From a bacterium (GTDB lineage Bacteria; UBA8248), in NCBI GenBank assembly GCA_965200245.1, contig CBDATS010000002.1, positions 54,552 through 118,551 on the forward strand: DNA of 64,000 bases. Direction: 5' to 3'. Under the pieces are notes generated by a model. That model made no database searches. It was given only the letters and a program-made list of their open reading frames with translations, and was not told the origin of the DNA. The stretch's first letter is position 1. Each line of letters starts with the position of its first letter. The translations under genes and the position numbers were made by a program. This document shows positions 47,608-57,211 of this stretch, piece after piece.

Positions 47608-48603
47608 ATGAAAGCGATTACAATCCAGGGAGACGCCGGAATCGAGGGATTGGTCTACGGCGAAGTCCCGACACCCGAGCCGGGTGAGGGCGAGGTTCTG
47701 GTCCGGCTCCTAGCTTCGGGCATCAACCACATCGACGTCTACCAGTGCACCCCCGACATGGTCCGCCACGAAAACCCCCACACCATGGGGGCGGACGGCG
47801 CTGGCGTAGTATACAAGGCAGGATCGGGCGTGCGCCTGGAACAAGGTGCCAAGGTGGTCGTCGATCCCAATCTGAGTGACCCCACCGAGCCGGGCTACGG
47901 CATCGTGGGCGCGCACTGCCAGGGTACACACGCGGAGTTCATCGTCTTGCCGGAAAAAAATTTCTTTCCCATGCCAGGACACCTGACGTTCGAGGAAGCG
48001 GCGGCACTCCCCCTCGCACTTTGCACGGCCTATCGACAGCTCATCAGCCGCGCACGTCTTGCAGCGGGCGAGAGCGTGCTCATCCATGGTGTGGGCGGTG
48101 GCGTCATGCTCTACTGCCTGCAACTCGCCGTACAGGCGGGCGCATTCACAATTGTTACTTCATCGAGCGGTGAGAAACTCGAAACCGCCAAATCCTTCGG
48201 CGCGGATGTGTGCATCGACTACAAGACGCAGGACGTCACCCAGGCCGTGATGGACGCCACCGATGGCCGGGGGGCCGACGTGGTGGTGGACAACGTGGGC
48301 GCGCCCACTTTCGCGCTTAGTGCCAGGTGCGTCGCACTCAACGGACGCATCTCCATCGTGGGCGGAGCGGCGCATCACGTGATTCCGGAAGTGAACCTGC
48401 GCGATCTCTACTTCAAACAGGTCGACATTCACACTTCCACTATGGCGACTCCCGAAGAATTCAGCGCGGCGATGAGCCTCGCCGCCGAGGGCAAAGTGAA
48501 GGCCCACATCGACTCCACCTATCCACTTTCGCGTTTCCGCGAAGCCATAGAACGCGTGGCGAAAGGCCTTCAATTCGGAAAGGTTGTGATAACGAGAGAG
48601 TAG
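47608..48603 (+). CDS. Zinc-binding/MDR-family alcohol dehydrogenase or quinone oxidoreductase
   Basis: 331 aa; GEVLVRL, GINHIDV and VLIHGVGGGV Rossmann motifs. Confidence 0.85.
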   Translation: MKAITIQGDAGIEGLVYGEVPTPEPGEGEVLVRLLASGINHIDVYQCTPDMVRHENPHTMGADGAGVVYKAGSGVRLEQGAKVVVDPNLSDPTEPGYGIVGAHCQGTHAEFIVLPEKNFFPMPGHLTFEEAAALPLALCTAYRQLISRARLAAGESVLIHGVGGGVMLYCLQLAVQAGAFTIVTSSSGEKLETAKSFGADVCIDYKTQDVTQAVMDATDGRGADVVVDNVGAPTFALSARCVALNGRISIVGGAAHHVIPEVNLRDLYFKQVDIHTSTMATPEEFSAAMSLAAEGKVKAHIDSTYPLSRFREAIERVAKGLQFGKVVITRE

Positions 48604-48667
48604 CAACGATGCACCTGTGCCTCCCATCACCAGGCAGACAATTCATCTTTGGAGAAAACACAAAAAC

Positions 48668-49816
48668 ATGAAAAGGCACCTCGCAAAGACCGTCGCCGCT
48701 ACCGCAGGCGGAGAACGCGCCAACCACATGACAGCCAGGAAACCACCGGGTCTGGTGCCGCTCGATTCGGGAACGCCCAATTTCCCCACTCCCGAACACA
48801 TCAGAGAAGCCGGCAAGGAAGCACTCGACCAGGGCCTCACCGGCTATGCCCCCGGTCAGGGAGACCCCGAATTCCTCGAAGCCGTGTGCGAGCACGTCGA
48901 GCGCGAGGCAAAAGCGAACTATACGCCCCGGTCCGTCATCGCAACGAACGGGGCAAGTTCGGGCATCTATGCCGTCATGACGACTTTGCTCGACCCGGGC
49001 GATGAGACCATCCTCATGGACCCCACGTTTTCACTCTACGCCCATGTCGCCCTGCAATTGGGAGCCGTTCCCGTCTCCGTGCCACACGACGCGGATTATC
49101 AGATTGACGCAGAGGCAGTGCGCCGCGCCATCACCCCGCGCACGCGCCTCATTCTCGTCAACAACCCGAACAACCCCACCGGCGTGGTCTACCGGGGTGA
49201 ATATCTGGCGGCTCTCGCCGAACTCGCCGCCGAACACGACCTCATGCTCGTATCGGATGAGGCCTATGCGAAAATCCTGCAACCAGGCTTCGAACACGTG
49301 CCCCTGCTCTCGTTCACCGAACACAAGGAACGGCTCATCCTGCTCGACACCTTCTCCAAGACCTATTCGATGACCGGCTGGCGTCTCGGCTACATGGTCC
49401 TGCCCGAGGACCTGGCCCAGCCCATGTTCAGCGTTCACCGTTCCATCAACGGGCCGATCAACACCTTCGTCCAGCGTGCGGGTGCGACTGCACTCAGGGG
49501 TTCCCAGGAGTGCGTGGAGGACTTCGGGCGTGAATACCACAAGCGGGGCCGCCTCATGCACGAGATGACCCAGGCCATTCCAGGTCTCATTCCCATCGAG
49601 CCCCAGGGCGGTTTCTACCAATGCTGCCGGTATGAATACCCGATTCCCTCAAGCGAGGTCCGAAAGCGCGTCTGGGAGGCCGGGGCGGCGATTCGCAGCG
49701 GTTCCGAATTCGGCGCTTCGGGCGAGAACCACTTGCGCTTCACCTATTCGGTAGATGAAGAAGTCATCGAAAAGGGTATGAAGATCGTGGGCGAGGTGTT
49801 CCGCCACCTGGGCTGA
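48668..49816 (+). CDS. Class I/II PLP-dependent aminotransferase
   Basis: NNPNNPTG, SDEAYA and FSKTYSMTGWRLGY (PLP lysine) motifs. Confidence 0.85.
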   Translation: MKRHLAKTVAATAGGERANHMTARKPPGLVPLDSGTPNFPTPEHIREAGKEALDQGLTGYAPGQGDPEFLEAVCEHVEREAKANYTPRSVIATNGASSGIYAVMTTLLDPGDETILMDPTFSLYAHVALQLGAVPVSVPHDADYQIDAEAVRRAITPRTRLILVNNPNNPTGVVYRGEYLAALAELAAEHDLMLVSDEAYAKILQPGFEHVPLLSFTEHKERLILLDTFSKTYSMTGWRLGYMVLPEDLAQPMFSVHRSINGPINTFVQRAGATALRGSQECVEDFGREYHKRGRLMHEMTQAIPGLIPIEPQGGFYQCCRYEYPIPSSEVRKRVWEAGAAIRSGSEFGASGENHLRFTYSVDEEVIEKGMKIVGEVFRHLG

Positions 49817-49879
49817 GGCTTGTCCGTTTCAAGCAAAAAGACCGCCTTCCCCCTGATGACGGCCTTCGTGTCGGCCTCA

Positions 49880-50881
49880 TCAATAGACGGGCAGAATATC
49901 CTTCTCGTAGGTTTCGTCCACCCCCCGGGCGGCGGCATAGAAAATTTCCTGCAGCCTGCGCGTGAATTTCCCTGGCTTTCCGTCTCCTACCTCGATGCGA
50001 TCCAGCGAGAGCACGGGTGCAACCTCAGCGGCGGAGCCACATATCATCGCCTCATCGGCCACGTAGATCTCCGTACGATCCATCGGCCTCTCCAGGGGTT
50101 CAGAACCGATGTGTCTGCCGAACATCTCGATTACGCTGTCGCGCGTAATGCTCTCGAGAATCGAGGCCGTCACAGGTGGGGTGATAAGCCTGCCCTCACG
50201 GACGATCATGATGCACGTGCCCGTTCCCTCGGCCACCGTACCGTTCTGGTTGAGAAGAATGGCGTCGTCGTATCCGTTGATTCGCGCTTCGACGCCGGCA
50301 AGTCTGCCGTTTTGGTAATTCGCCGAAGCCTTGACACGCGGCGGCACGGAATCATCCGAGATGCGCCGCCAACTGCTCACGCACAGGTTCACGCCCTGCT
50401 CCTGTCGTTTGCGGTTGCTGTTCGGTCCTCCGCTGATGAACACGCAGGTGTCCACTTCGTCCGCCGCGTAGCCCTTCATGTCCAGGGGCCCCGAATCGTC
50501 GAAATACACGTTGAGCCTGAAATGGATATCTTCCTTGAACTCGTTCGCCCGTATCCACTCGATGACAGCGTCCCTGAATTCCTCCGCCGTATAGGGCGAC
50601 GTCATCCGCATCACCCGCATCGAATCGAACAGTCGCCGGATGTGCGGGTCTATCTTCCAAAGAAAGAGATTGTTTCTCTCCTCGCTCCAATAGGCGCGAA
50701 TCCCCTCGTATACGCTCGAACCCCTGAGGACCGCCTGGCTGAATACGCTGATCCTGGCTTCCTCGGGCGGAACCACCTCTCCGTTGAGCCATACCTTGGC
50801 ATGATTGTAACTGGGCACATAAATCTCCAATTTGGAAATGAAAACGGTTTCCCGAAAAGAAAAACACGGCATAATGAACAT
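49880..50881 (-). CDS. Class IV aminotransferase (branched-chain/D-amino-acid type)
   Basis: VWLNGEVVPPEEARISV and YEGIRAY motifs; exact start is ambiguous (50881 or 50872). Confidence 0.75.
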   Translation of the reverse strand: MFIMPCFSFRETVFISKLEIYVPSYNHAKVWLNGEVVPPEEARISVFSQAVLRGSSVYEGIRAYWSEERNNLFLWKIDPHIRRLFDSMRVMRMTSPYTAEEFRDAVIEWIRANEFKEDIHFRLNVYFDDSGPLDMKGYAADEVDTCVFISGGPNSNRKRQEQGVNLCVSSWRRISDDSVPPRVKASANYQNGRLAGVEARINGYDDAILLNQNGTVAEGTGTCIMIVREGRLITPPVTASILESITRDSVIEMFGRHIGSEPLERPMDRTEIYVADEAMICGSAAEVAPVLSLDRIEVGDGKPGKFTRRLQEIFYAAARGVDETYEKDILPVY

Positions 50882-50985
50882 TTGGAAGCCGGTTGACAAG
50901 GCGCTTCCCAGCCTTGACGCTCGGATGCGCTTGGGCGTAGCGTTGTAGCGGAAAAATTTCAGGACACCATCCTTATGGAGATTTT

Positions 50986-52355
50986 ATGCCGCAGCCAACT
51001 GACACCCCCAAGCTAGCCGACGCCTACGCCGAATCCCTGCCCGCCTCGCGTGCCCTCTACGAGCGGGCACAAGAGGTCTTCCCCGACGGGGTGACACACG
51101 ACAACCGCAGGATGCAGCCGTTTCCCATCTACGTCGAGCGTGCCGAGGGCGCACACAAGTGGGATGTGGACGGTAACCGCTACATCGACTACTGGATGGG
51201 CCACGGCGCGCTTCTCCATGGACACAACCCGCCTCACATCCGGGATGCCGTGAGCGAGGCCGTTCTCAAGGGTTCACATTACGGGGCGAGCCACGGGCCG
51301 GAGGTGGAATGGGGTGAATGGGTGCAACGCCTCGTGCCCTGCGCCGAGCGGGTGCGCTTTACCGCTTCGGGAACCGAGGCCACCCACATGGCACTCCGGC
51401 TCGCGCGCGCCTTCACAGGCCGGAAACGCGTTGTCAAGTTCGCAGGCCATTTCCACGGCTGGCACGAGGGACTCGAAATCGGCGTACGCGCCCCTACACG
51501 AATGCGCCCGAAGCGGGACAACTGGAAGTGGTGACGGACCTGGTCACCGTCTGCCCGCCGGACGACACCGAAGCCGTCCGGGAGGCACTCGCACCGGGCG
51601 AGGTCGCTGCGCTCATCCTGGAGCCGACCGGCGGACATTTCGGCACTATCCCGATGAGACAGGATTTCGTTGCCGCGCTCAGGGAAGAGACGGAAAAGTC
51701 GGGCACACTCCTCGTTTTCGATGAGGTGGTAACCGGCTTTCGCGTCGCGCCGGGCGGCGCGCAGGCGCATTTCTGTGTAACGCCCGATCTGGCGAGCCTC
51801 GCCAAGATACTCGCAGGCGGCCTGCCGGGGGGAGCCGTCGTGGGACGGGCTGACGTGCTCGAGTATCTCGCCACCAAGCCGGATCCCGAGGTGAACCGCC
51901 ACACGAAAATCCCCCATCACGGTACCTTCAACGCGAACCCCATATCTGCGGCCGCAGGCGTCGCCATGCTCTCGACCCTGAGGGATGGCCGGATAACCGA
52001 AGAGGTGAACACGCAGGCGCATAAACTCAGATGCGGGATGAACGAGATTCTCGCGCGAGAAGCCGTGGCCTGGCGGGTGTATGGCGAATACAGCGACTGG
52101 AAAATATTCTTCGACGCCGATGTCCCGCCGAAAGACGGAGAGGATCAGGATGTAGGCGGAATCGACTGGCGGCGCCTCGATTCCAAAAACGCGCAGAAAA
52201 GCCGGGCACTCAGACAATCGCTGATCCTCCACGGTGTAGATTTCAACGGCGCGCGCGCTTTGGTGGGAACATGTCACACGGACGACGTAATCGAGGAAAC
52301 TCTTGCCGCCTTCCGGGCGGGCGTCCGGACCATGAAGGAAGAAGGCATCGCCTAG
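50986..52355 (+). pseudogene. Class III aminotransferase (GSA-aminomutase-like), frameshifted in a C4 run (51491-51494)
   Basis: The N-terminal part ends HFHGWHEGLEIGVRAP. The next frame continues YTNAPEAGQLEVV...LVFDEVVTGFR...KILAGGLPGG. One extra C restores the frame. Confidence 0.75.
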
Positions 52356-52458
52356 AGATTTTTCCAACAGACGCATCAAACCCCATGTAGGAGAGTTACA
52401 CTTGTACAGCGCGCTGAAAGGCCTATTGAGCTTCGAATCCGGACGCATCGTGGACGAC

Positions 52459-53652
52459 ATGGAACATCCTTTCACCTGCCCTGAAACGGGCGGGAACCTG
52501 CAGGGCAGCTACGACTTCGAGTGGATAAGGGCGAACGTGGACAGGGACGAAATCGCTCGCAGACCACAGGGAATCTGGCGCTGGCGCGAACTTCTGCCCG
52601 TGCGGGACGAGAAGAACGTGGTATCGCTTGTGGAGGGCGACACCCCTCTCATCCACGCGGAGAGGCTCGGGAAGGCGATCGGGTACAGGAACCTCTACAT
52701 TCTGGATGAATCGAGAAACCCTACGGGATCGTTCAAGGACAGGGGCGGATCGGTCACTATCAGCAAATGCAGGGAAGTAGGGATAGACCGCATCGTGCTG
52801 CCTTCATCGGGCAACGCCGCCGCCTGTTTCAGTGCCTATTGTGCGCGGGGAGGTATCGAGTTCATCGGCTTCGTGCGCGATGACAGTTCGGCGGTCCATT
52901 GCCTGCAAGTCGGGGCATACGGAGCATTCACGCTCATCGTCGAGGGCGATCAGGGCGTGGGCGGGTGCTTCGCCGAAGAAGTCTCGAAAGAACTCGGCTG
53001 CCTGCACGCCACCCTGCCCCGGAATCTCTACAGAATCGAGGGCAAAAAGACGGCAGCTTTCGAGATTGCGGAAAAACTCGGCTGGCGCGCTCCGGATCGC
53101 GTCGTCTGCCCCACGGCGGGTGGCACCATGGCGCTCGCGATGGATCAGGGTTTCCGAGAACTTCTGGCCTTGGGATGGATAGACAGCATGCCGGCCATCG
53201 ACATCGTGCAGCCAGAAGGATGTGCGCCCATCGTCCGGGCACTGCGCACGGGCGGAAAGGTGGAGCCATGGGGCGAAGTGCGCACGAAATCCGCCGGCCT
53301 CACGAGTCCTTCGCCGGGTGCGGGCGAACGCGTGTCCGAAGTTGTTCGGAAATCAGAGGGTCACGGCATCATCGTGAGCGACGCGATGAACCTAGAAGCC
53401 GAATTCCAGATTGCCGGACGCGAGGGACTTTTCCTGCAGCCCGCCTCTGCGGCGTCCGTCGCGAGCCTGATGGAAGGCGCCGAGCGTCCCGGAAAACCCG
53501 AAGCCGACGAGGTAATCGTCTGCATCGGCACGGGTACGGGCAAGAACGCAACGGAAGTGGCGAGCGAGTCGCTCGGCAGGCCGGGGCGCATTCCACCCGA
53601 CATCAAGGCCTTCAAGCAAGCGCGCACCGCCTGGCGGGGCAACGGTTCCTGA
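52459..53652 (+). CDS. Threonine synthase-like fold-type II PLP enzyme
   Basis: NPTGSFKDRG (PLP lysine) and SSGNAA motifs; start at MEHPF (alternative TTG at 52402). Confidence 0.75.
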   Translation: MEHPFTCPETGGNLQGSYDFEWIRANVDRDEIARRPQGIWRWRELLPVRDEKNVVSLVEGDTPLIHAERLGKAIGYRNLYILDESRNPTGSFKDRGGSVTISKCREVGIDRIVLPSSGNAAACFSAYCARGGIEFIGFVRDDSSAVHCLQVGAYGAFTLIVEGDQGVGGCFAEEVSKELGCLHATLPRNLYRIEGKKTAAFEIAEKLGWRAPDRVVCPTAGGTMALAMDQGFRELLALGWIDSMPAIDIVQPEGCAPIVRALRTGGKVEPWGEVRTKSAGLTSPSPGAGERVSEVVRKSEGHGIIVSDAMNLEAEFQIAGREGLFLQPASAASVASLMEGAERPGKPEADEVIVCIGTGTGKNATEVASESLGRPGRIPPDIKAFKQARTAWRGNGS

Positions 53653-53706
53653 GGCTGTACGTCTGTGCGAATGCAATCCTGACAAACGACACAACACCTG
53701 CTGATG

Positions 53707-53727
53707 CCGGAGAACACTCCGGTTCTT
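53707..53727 (+). terminator. Weak hairpin terminator candidate
   Basis: CCGGAG-AACA-CTCCGG followed by TTCTT. Confidence 0.35.
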
Positions 53728-53931
53728 AATAGTACAGGTTCGACTCCACGCGATTTTTATACAGGCGAAAATCTTTCCTCCTCCCGTATTATGATAATGT
53801 TCCACTTCATCATATAAAGCATAAATATATGTTAATAAGTGCATTACATGGATGTCAAAAAATATCCTTTACTTTCGTATTATTTTTGTATACCTTTTTC
53901 TCTCACGTCAATTCACACAGGGAGAATAACC

Positions 53932-55176
53932 ATGGTAACGGAAAAAATCCTCCACAAGCTGACCATTCTCGGCGGACAATCCTTCGACGACAGGGAGGGC
54001 CCGCCCGGGGTGCGGAAACATCCCGTATTTCGCCGAAAATTCCTGGCCTCGGATACCCCTGCGATATTTCCCGTCCCTTTCAAGGGTGGACGCATCATGC
54101 CACTTCTCTCCACCATGATGACCAACGCCTGTAGCTACGACTGCCACTACTGTCCAATGCGGGCCTCGCGCAACATGCCGCGCCACTCCTTCAGCCCCGA
54201 TGAGTTGGCCGATACCTTCATGGCCCTCAAGAAGAGAAACCGTGCAGAGGGGCTGTTCCTCACCAGCGGTATTCCGGGCAGCGGCGTCAGGGGCGCGGAC
54301 AGGATGATAGCGACGGCGGAAATTCTGCGCTTCAAGTATCGTTTCAGCGGCTACATTCACCTGAAAATGCTGCCCGGTGCAGAGGATTCCCAGCTCAGCC
54401 GTGCCGCACAGATAGCCACGAGGCTCTCCGTAAACCTCGAAGCCGCCACCCAGCGAGGACTTCACGCCTTAGCACCCGAGAAAAGGCTGGAAACCGACCT
54501 GAAACGCGCCCTTCGCTATGTGGGGAGGATGGCGCGCGAGTCATTTTTCGAGAGAACAGGCCTCATCAAAGGCGGCGTGACGACACAGTTCATCGTGGGC
54601 GCAAGCGGGGAGAGCGATATGGACGTCCTGACTGCCTCCCATTCCCTCCAGAAGCAGGGTCTCTTGCGCCATACTCATTTCAGTGCCTTCAAGCCCGTGG
54701 AGGACACCCCGATGGACGGCGTGCCCTCAGTCTCCAAGACGCGCGAGCACAGACTGTATCAGGCGGAGCACCTCCTTCGCGAATATGAATTCGGGCTGGA
54801 TGAGATTCCCGCTTCAAATGGCAATCTGGCGCTTGATGAAGACCCCAAAGCGATGTGGGCGAGGCAGAACCTCTCACAGTTCCCGGTGGAGATCATGACT
54901 GCGGACCCCAGAATGCTCATGCGCGTACCGGGCATCGGACCCACTTGGGCGAAACGCCTGGTAGAGGTCAGGAAAAAAGCGCACATACGCGATCTCAGGG
55001 ATTTGATGCGCCTGGGCCGCATCCGCAAATCGGCGGCTGGCTGGCTCATGCTACACGGCAAGCGTCTCGGCCCCGAACCCGTACTGGCCACGCAGATGAG
55101 CCTCGGACTGCAGCACAGGGGCAAAAGGTGGGTTCATCCTTCGATGCGAATGCTGCCACCGTGTTCCTTTCGTTGA
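53932..55176 (+). CDS. Radical SAM protein of the putative DNA modification/repair type (HhH C-terminus)
   Basis: CSYDCHYC cluster motif, a long TIM half-barrel, and C-terminal VPGIGPTWAKRLV helix-hairpin-helix; start at MVTEKIL with a GGGAGA RBS. Confidence 0.75.
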   Translation: MVTEKILHKLTILGGQSFDDREGPPGVRKHPVFRRKFLASDTPAIFPVPFKGGRIMPLLSTMMTNACSYDCHYCPMRASRNMPRHSFSPDELADTFMALKKRNRAEGLFLTSGIPGSGVRGADRMIATAEILRFKYRFSGYIHLKMLPGAEDSQLSRAAQIATRLSVNLEAATQRGLHALAPEKRLETDLKRALRYVGRMARESFFERTGLIKGGVTTQFIVGASGESDMDVLTASHSLQKQGLLRHTHFSAFKPVEDTPMDGVPSVSKTREHRLYQAEHLLREYEFGLDEIPASNGNLALDEDPKAMWARQNLSQFPVEIMTADPRMLMRVPGIGPTWAKRLVEVRKKAHIRDLRDLMRLGRIRKSAAGWLMLHGKRLGPEPVLATQMSLGLQHRGKRWVHPSMRMLPPCSFR

Positions 55177-55298
55177 TGAGGTATCCAAAACAGGGAGATG
55201 AATCGTGCCGCCTGCTTGACGCGAAAAAATGATGGGACTACTCTTCCCGTCTCTCGTCATCGCACCCGTAAACGCGATGATTACAAGAACCGCTTCAT

Positions 55299-55373
55299 GG
55301 CCCCTTCGTCTAGCGGTCAGGACACCGGCCTCTCACGCCGGCAACAGGGGTTCGAGTCCCCTAGGGGTCACCA
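55299..55373 (+). tRNA. tRNA-Glu (anticodon CTC), CCA encoded
   Basis: Hand-folded: acceptor 55299-305/55363-369 (one G-U pair), anticodon stem 55325-329/55337-341 with loop CTCTCAC (anticodon 55332-334), T arm AGGGG-TTCGAGT-CCCCT, A370, CCA. Confidence 0.9.
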
Positions 55374-55411
55374 GGCTACGAAACTTTCCGGCAACCGGCT
55401 CGAACTCCGCC

Positions 55412-56056
55412 TCACCCCCAAGTGTTCACATGCACAATCTCGTCGAGCGGACGACGCACAGCGGGCTTGAAGTTCGTTCCCAGCTTGTAGGCCACCGGAA
55501 TCAGCGCCACCTGCATGAAATCATCCGGCACGCCGAGAATCTCCGCGGCCTCGGCCTCGCAGCGCAGGTGCAACGTGGTGAACACGGAACCAAGACCTCG
55601 TGAGCGCAGTGCCAGCTGGAAACTCCACACGGCCGGCATGATGGAACCCAGCAGACCCGCCCACATGAATCTCGGCGGGCTTTCGGGCAGGAAATTCTGG
55701 ATACAGGGAATCACTTGCACGGGGGCGTGCTCGATGTTCTCGGCCAGATAGATGGCGGAATCGAACACCCGCTCGTCCTGCGTGGCCCCGCTCTCGCGCG
55801 CCTGCGCCAGACCCTGCGCAAGATATTCGTCTCCCCCCTTTCGGTAGAGCCGTCCGAGTTCTCGGCGTTTTTCCTCATCCGTCACCACGAGCCAGCGCCA
55901 GCCCTGCCGGTTCGAACCCGTAGGAGCCTGCAGGCCGAGTTCAAGACAATCCAACACAACCTGCGTCGGCACTTCACGGGTGAAATCGAGGCGCTTGCGT
56001 ACCGAACGCGTGGTGGAGAGAAGCTTGTCGGTCATTTCGAGGTCAAAATCGGCCAT
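55412..56056 (-). CDS. Nitroreductase family protein
   Basis: 214 aa; TRSVRKRLDF and APTGSNRQGWRWLVV motifs; AAGGAGG RBS. Confidence 0.85.
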   Translation of the reverse strand: MADFDLEMTDKLLSTTRSVRKRLDFTREVPTQVVLDCLELGLQAPTGSNRQGWRWLVVTDEEKRRELGRLYRKGGDEYLAQGLAQARESGATQDERVFDSAIYLAENIEHAPVQVIPCIQNFLPESPPRFMWAGLLGSIMPAVWSFQLALRSRGLGSVFTTLHLRCEAEAAEILGVPDDFMQVALIPVAYKLGTNFKPAVRRPLDEIVHVNTWG

Positions 56057-56214
56057 GCGGCCCTCCTTTCAGATGCAGGTCTCGTTTGTTACAAGCGGGA
56101 TACGGCATGGTACCAGAACTGAAAACTCCGCGTAACACACATGCGCGCCGGTTCCCAAGATTTCAGGGCTTGCCTATAATCATCCAAAGATTCCATCACC
56201 AAAGCGAGGAAACC

Positions 56215-56898
56215 ATGAATAGTCAAGCGCAACAAGCAAGCAGAATCCGGTTGCTCGACCCCGATGAGGCGGCGGGCGATACGGCGCGTTTTTTCGAGGC
56301 GACGCGCGAGTTTCTCGGCCGCATCCCCAATTCCGCGCTTGCGATGGCGAACACGCCCTACATCGCGCGCTTCTACCTCCCCTTCAACGCCACGCTCCAG
56401 CGCGAGGGCATGGGCGGGTTACTCACGTGCAAGATCAAGGAGATCGTGGTCCTGAAGACGAGCTTCGTGAATTCGTGCGCCTACTGAATCGCTCACAACA
56501 CGGCGCTTGGTCAAGCAACGGGAATCACTGATGAGCAAATCGAGGCCATCGCCTCGGACGATTACATGACCTCCCCGGTTTTAAGCCCGCGCGAGCGTGC
56601 CGCCTGCCTGTGGGCGGAGCACTTTACGAAAAATACCGCACGCGAGAACCCGGGCGTGCTCGAAGAGGTAAAAAAACACTTCACCGACGGGGAGATCGTC
56701 GAAATGTCGCTCATGAGCGGCAAACAGGGCATGATGAACCGCTTCATGGACTCGTTCGGCATCCCTATCGAGGACGAGGGCGAGGTGAACAAGATTAAAA
56801 AATCCGTGCGCGGAAATCCTGACAAGATGAAAGCCTACCTACAGGCGCTCATCGACAACTGGCCCGAGGACTTTCCAGAACCCAGCCCGGATGATTAG
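56215..56898 (+). CDS. AhpD/CMD-family protein with an in-frame TGA (56485-56487) at the CxxC position; selenoprotein candidate or pseudogene
   Basis: The two ORFs (56086-56487 and 56566-56898) share one frame with a single TGA and no other stop between them. Motif VNSCAY-TGA-IAHN; GAGGA RBS before the ATG at 56215. Confidence 0.6.
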
Positions 56899-57211
56899 AA
56901 GCGCCTGTGGCGGGCGGAGGCCGCCGCACGCACAGAAGTGACATTCAAGCTTACGCGCCTCTTGCTACAGGTGCCCTCTCCTCACGGATCGAACCATCTC
57001 TTGAGTTGCGCGCAGAAGGTCACGACGCCGGCGAGTCCCACGGACGGAACACTAACCTGCGCTTGCACCTGGAATGGCAGTTACGGCATGCCTGTCCTGG
57101 CAGTTATTCGTCCTGAAATGGGACAACCATGGGGGACATCCCTTCAAATACGGACACGGCGGCAGGACGGATCCGAAAATGCCAACCTACGAGGGATTGC
57201 ACAGCGCTTTT

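Noticed and set aside
53737-53747. T-loop-like GGTTCGACTCC suggesting a tRNA or tRNA fragment (possible att remnant)
   Set aside because: The flanking bases do not form a T stem or an acceptor stem, and no anticodon arm with a 7-nt loop can be drawn. It also does not match the 3' ends of the two tRNAs in the window.
56541-56556. Stronger hairpin CGAGG-CCAUCG-CCUCG as the SECIS for the TGA at 56485
   Set aside because: Its loop begins nearly 60 nt after the UGA, well outside the spacing I recall for bacterial SECIS elements. The weaker GGUC hairpin at 56505-56516 is the only positionally plausible candidate.
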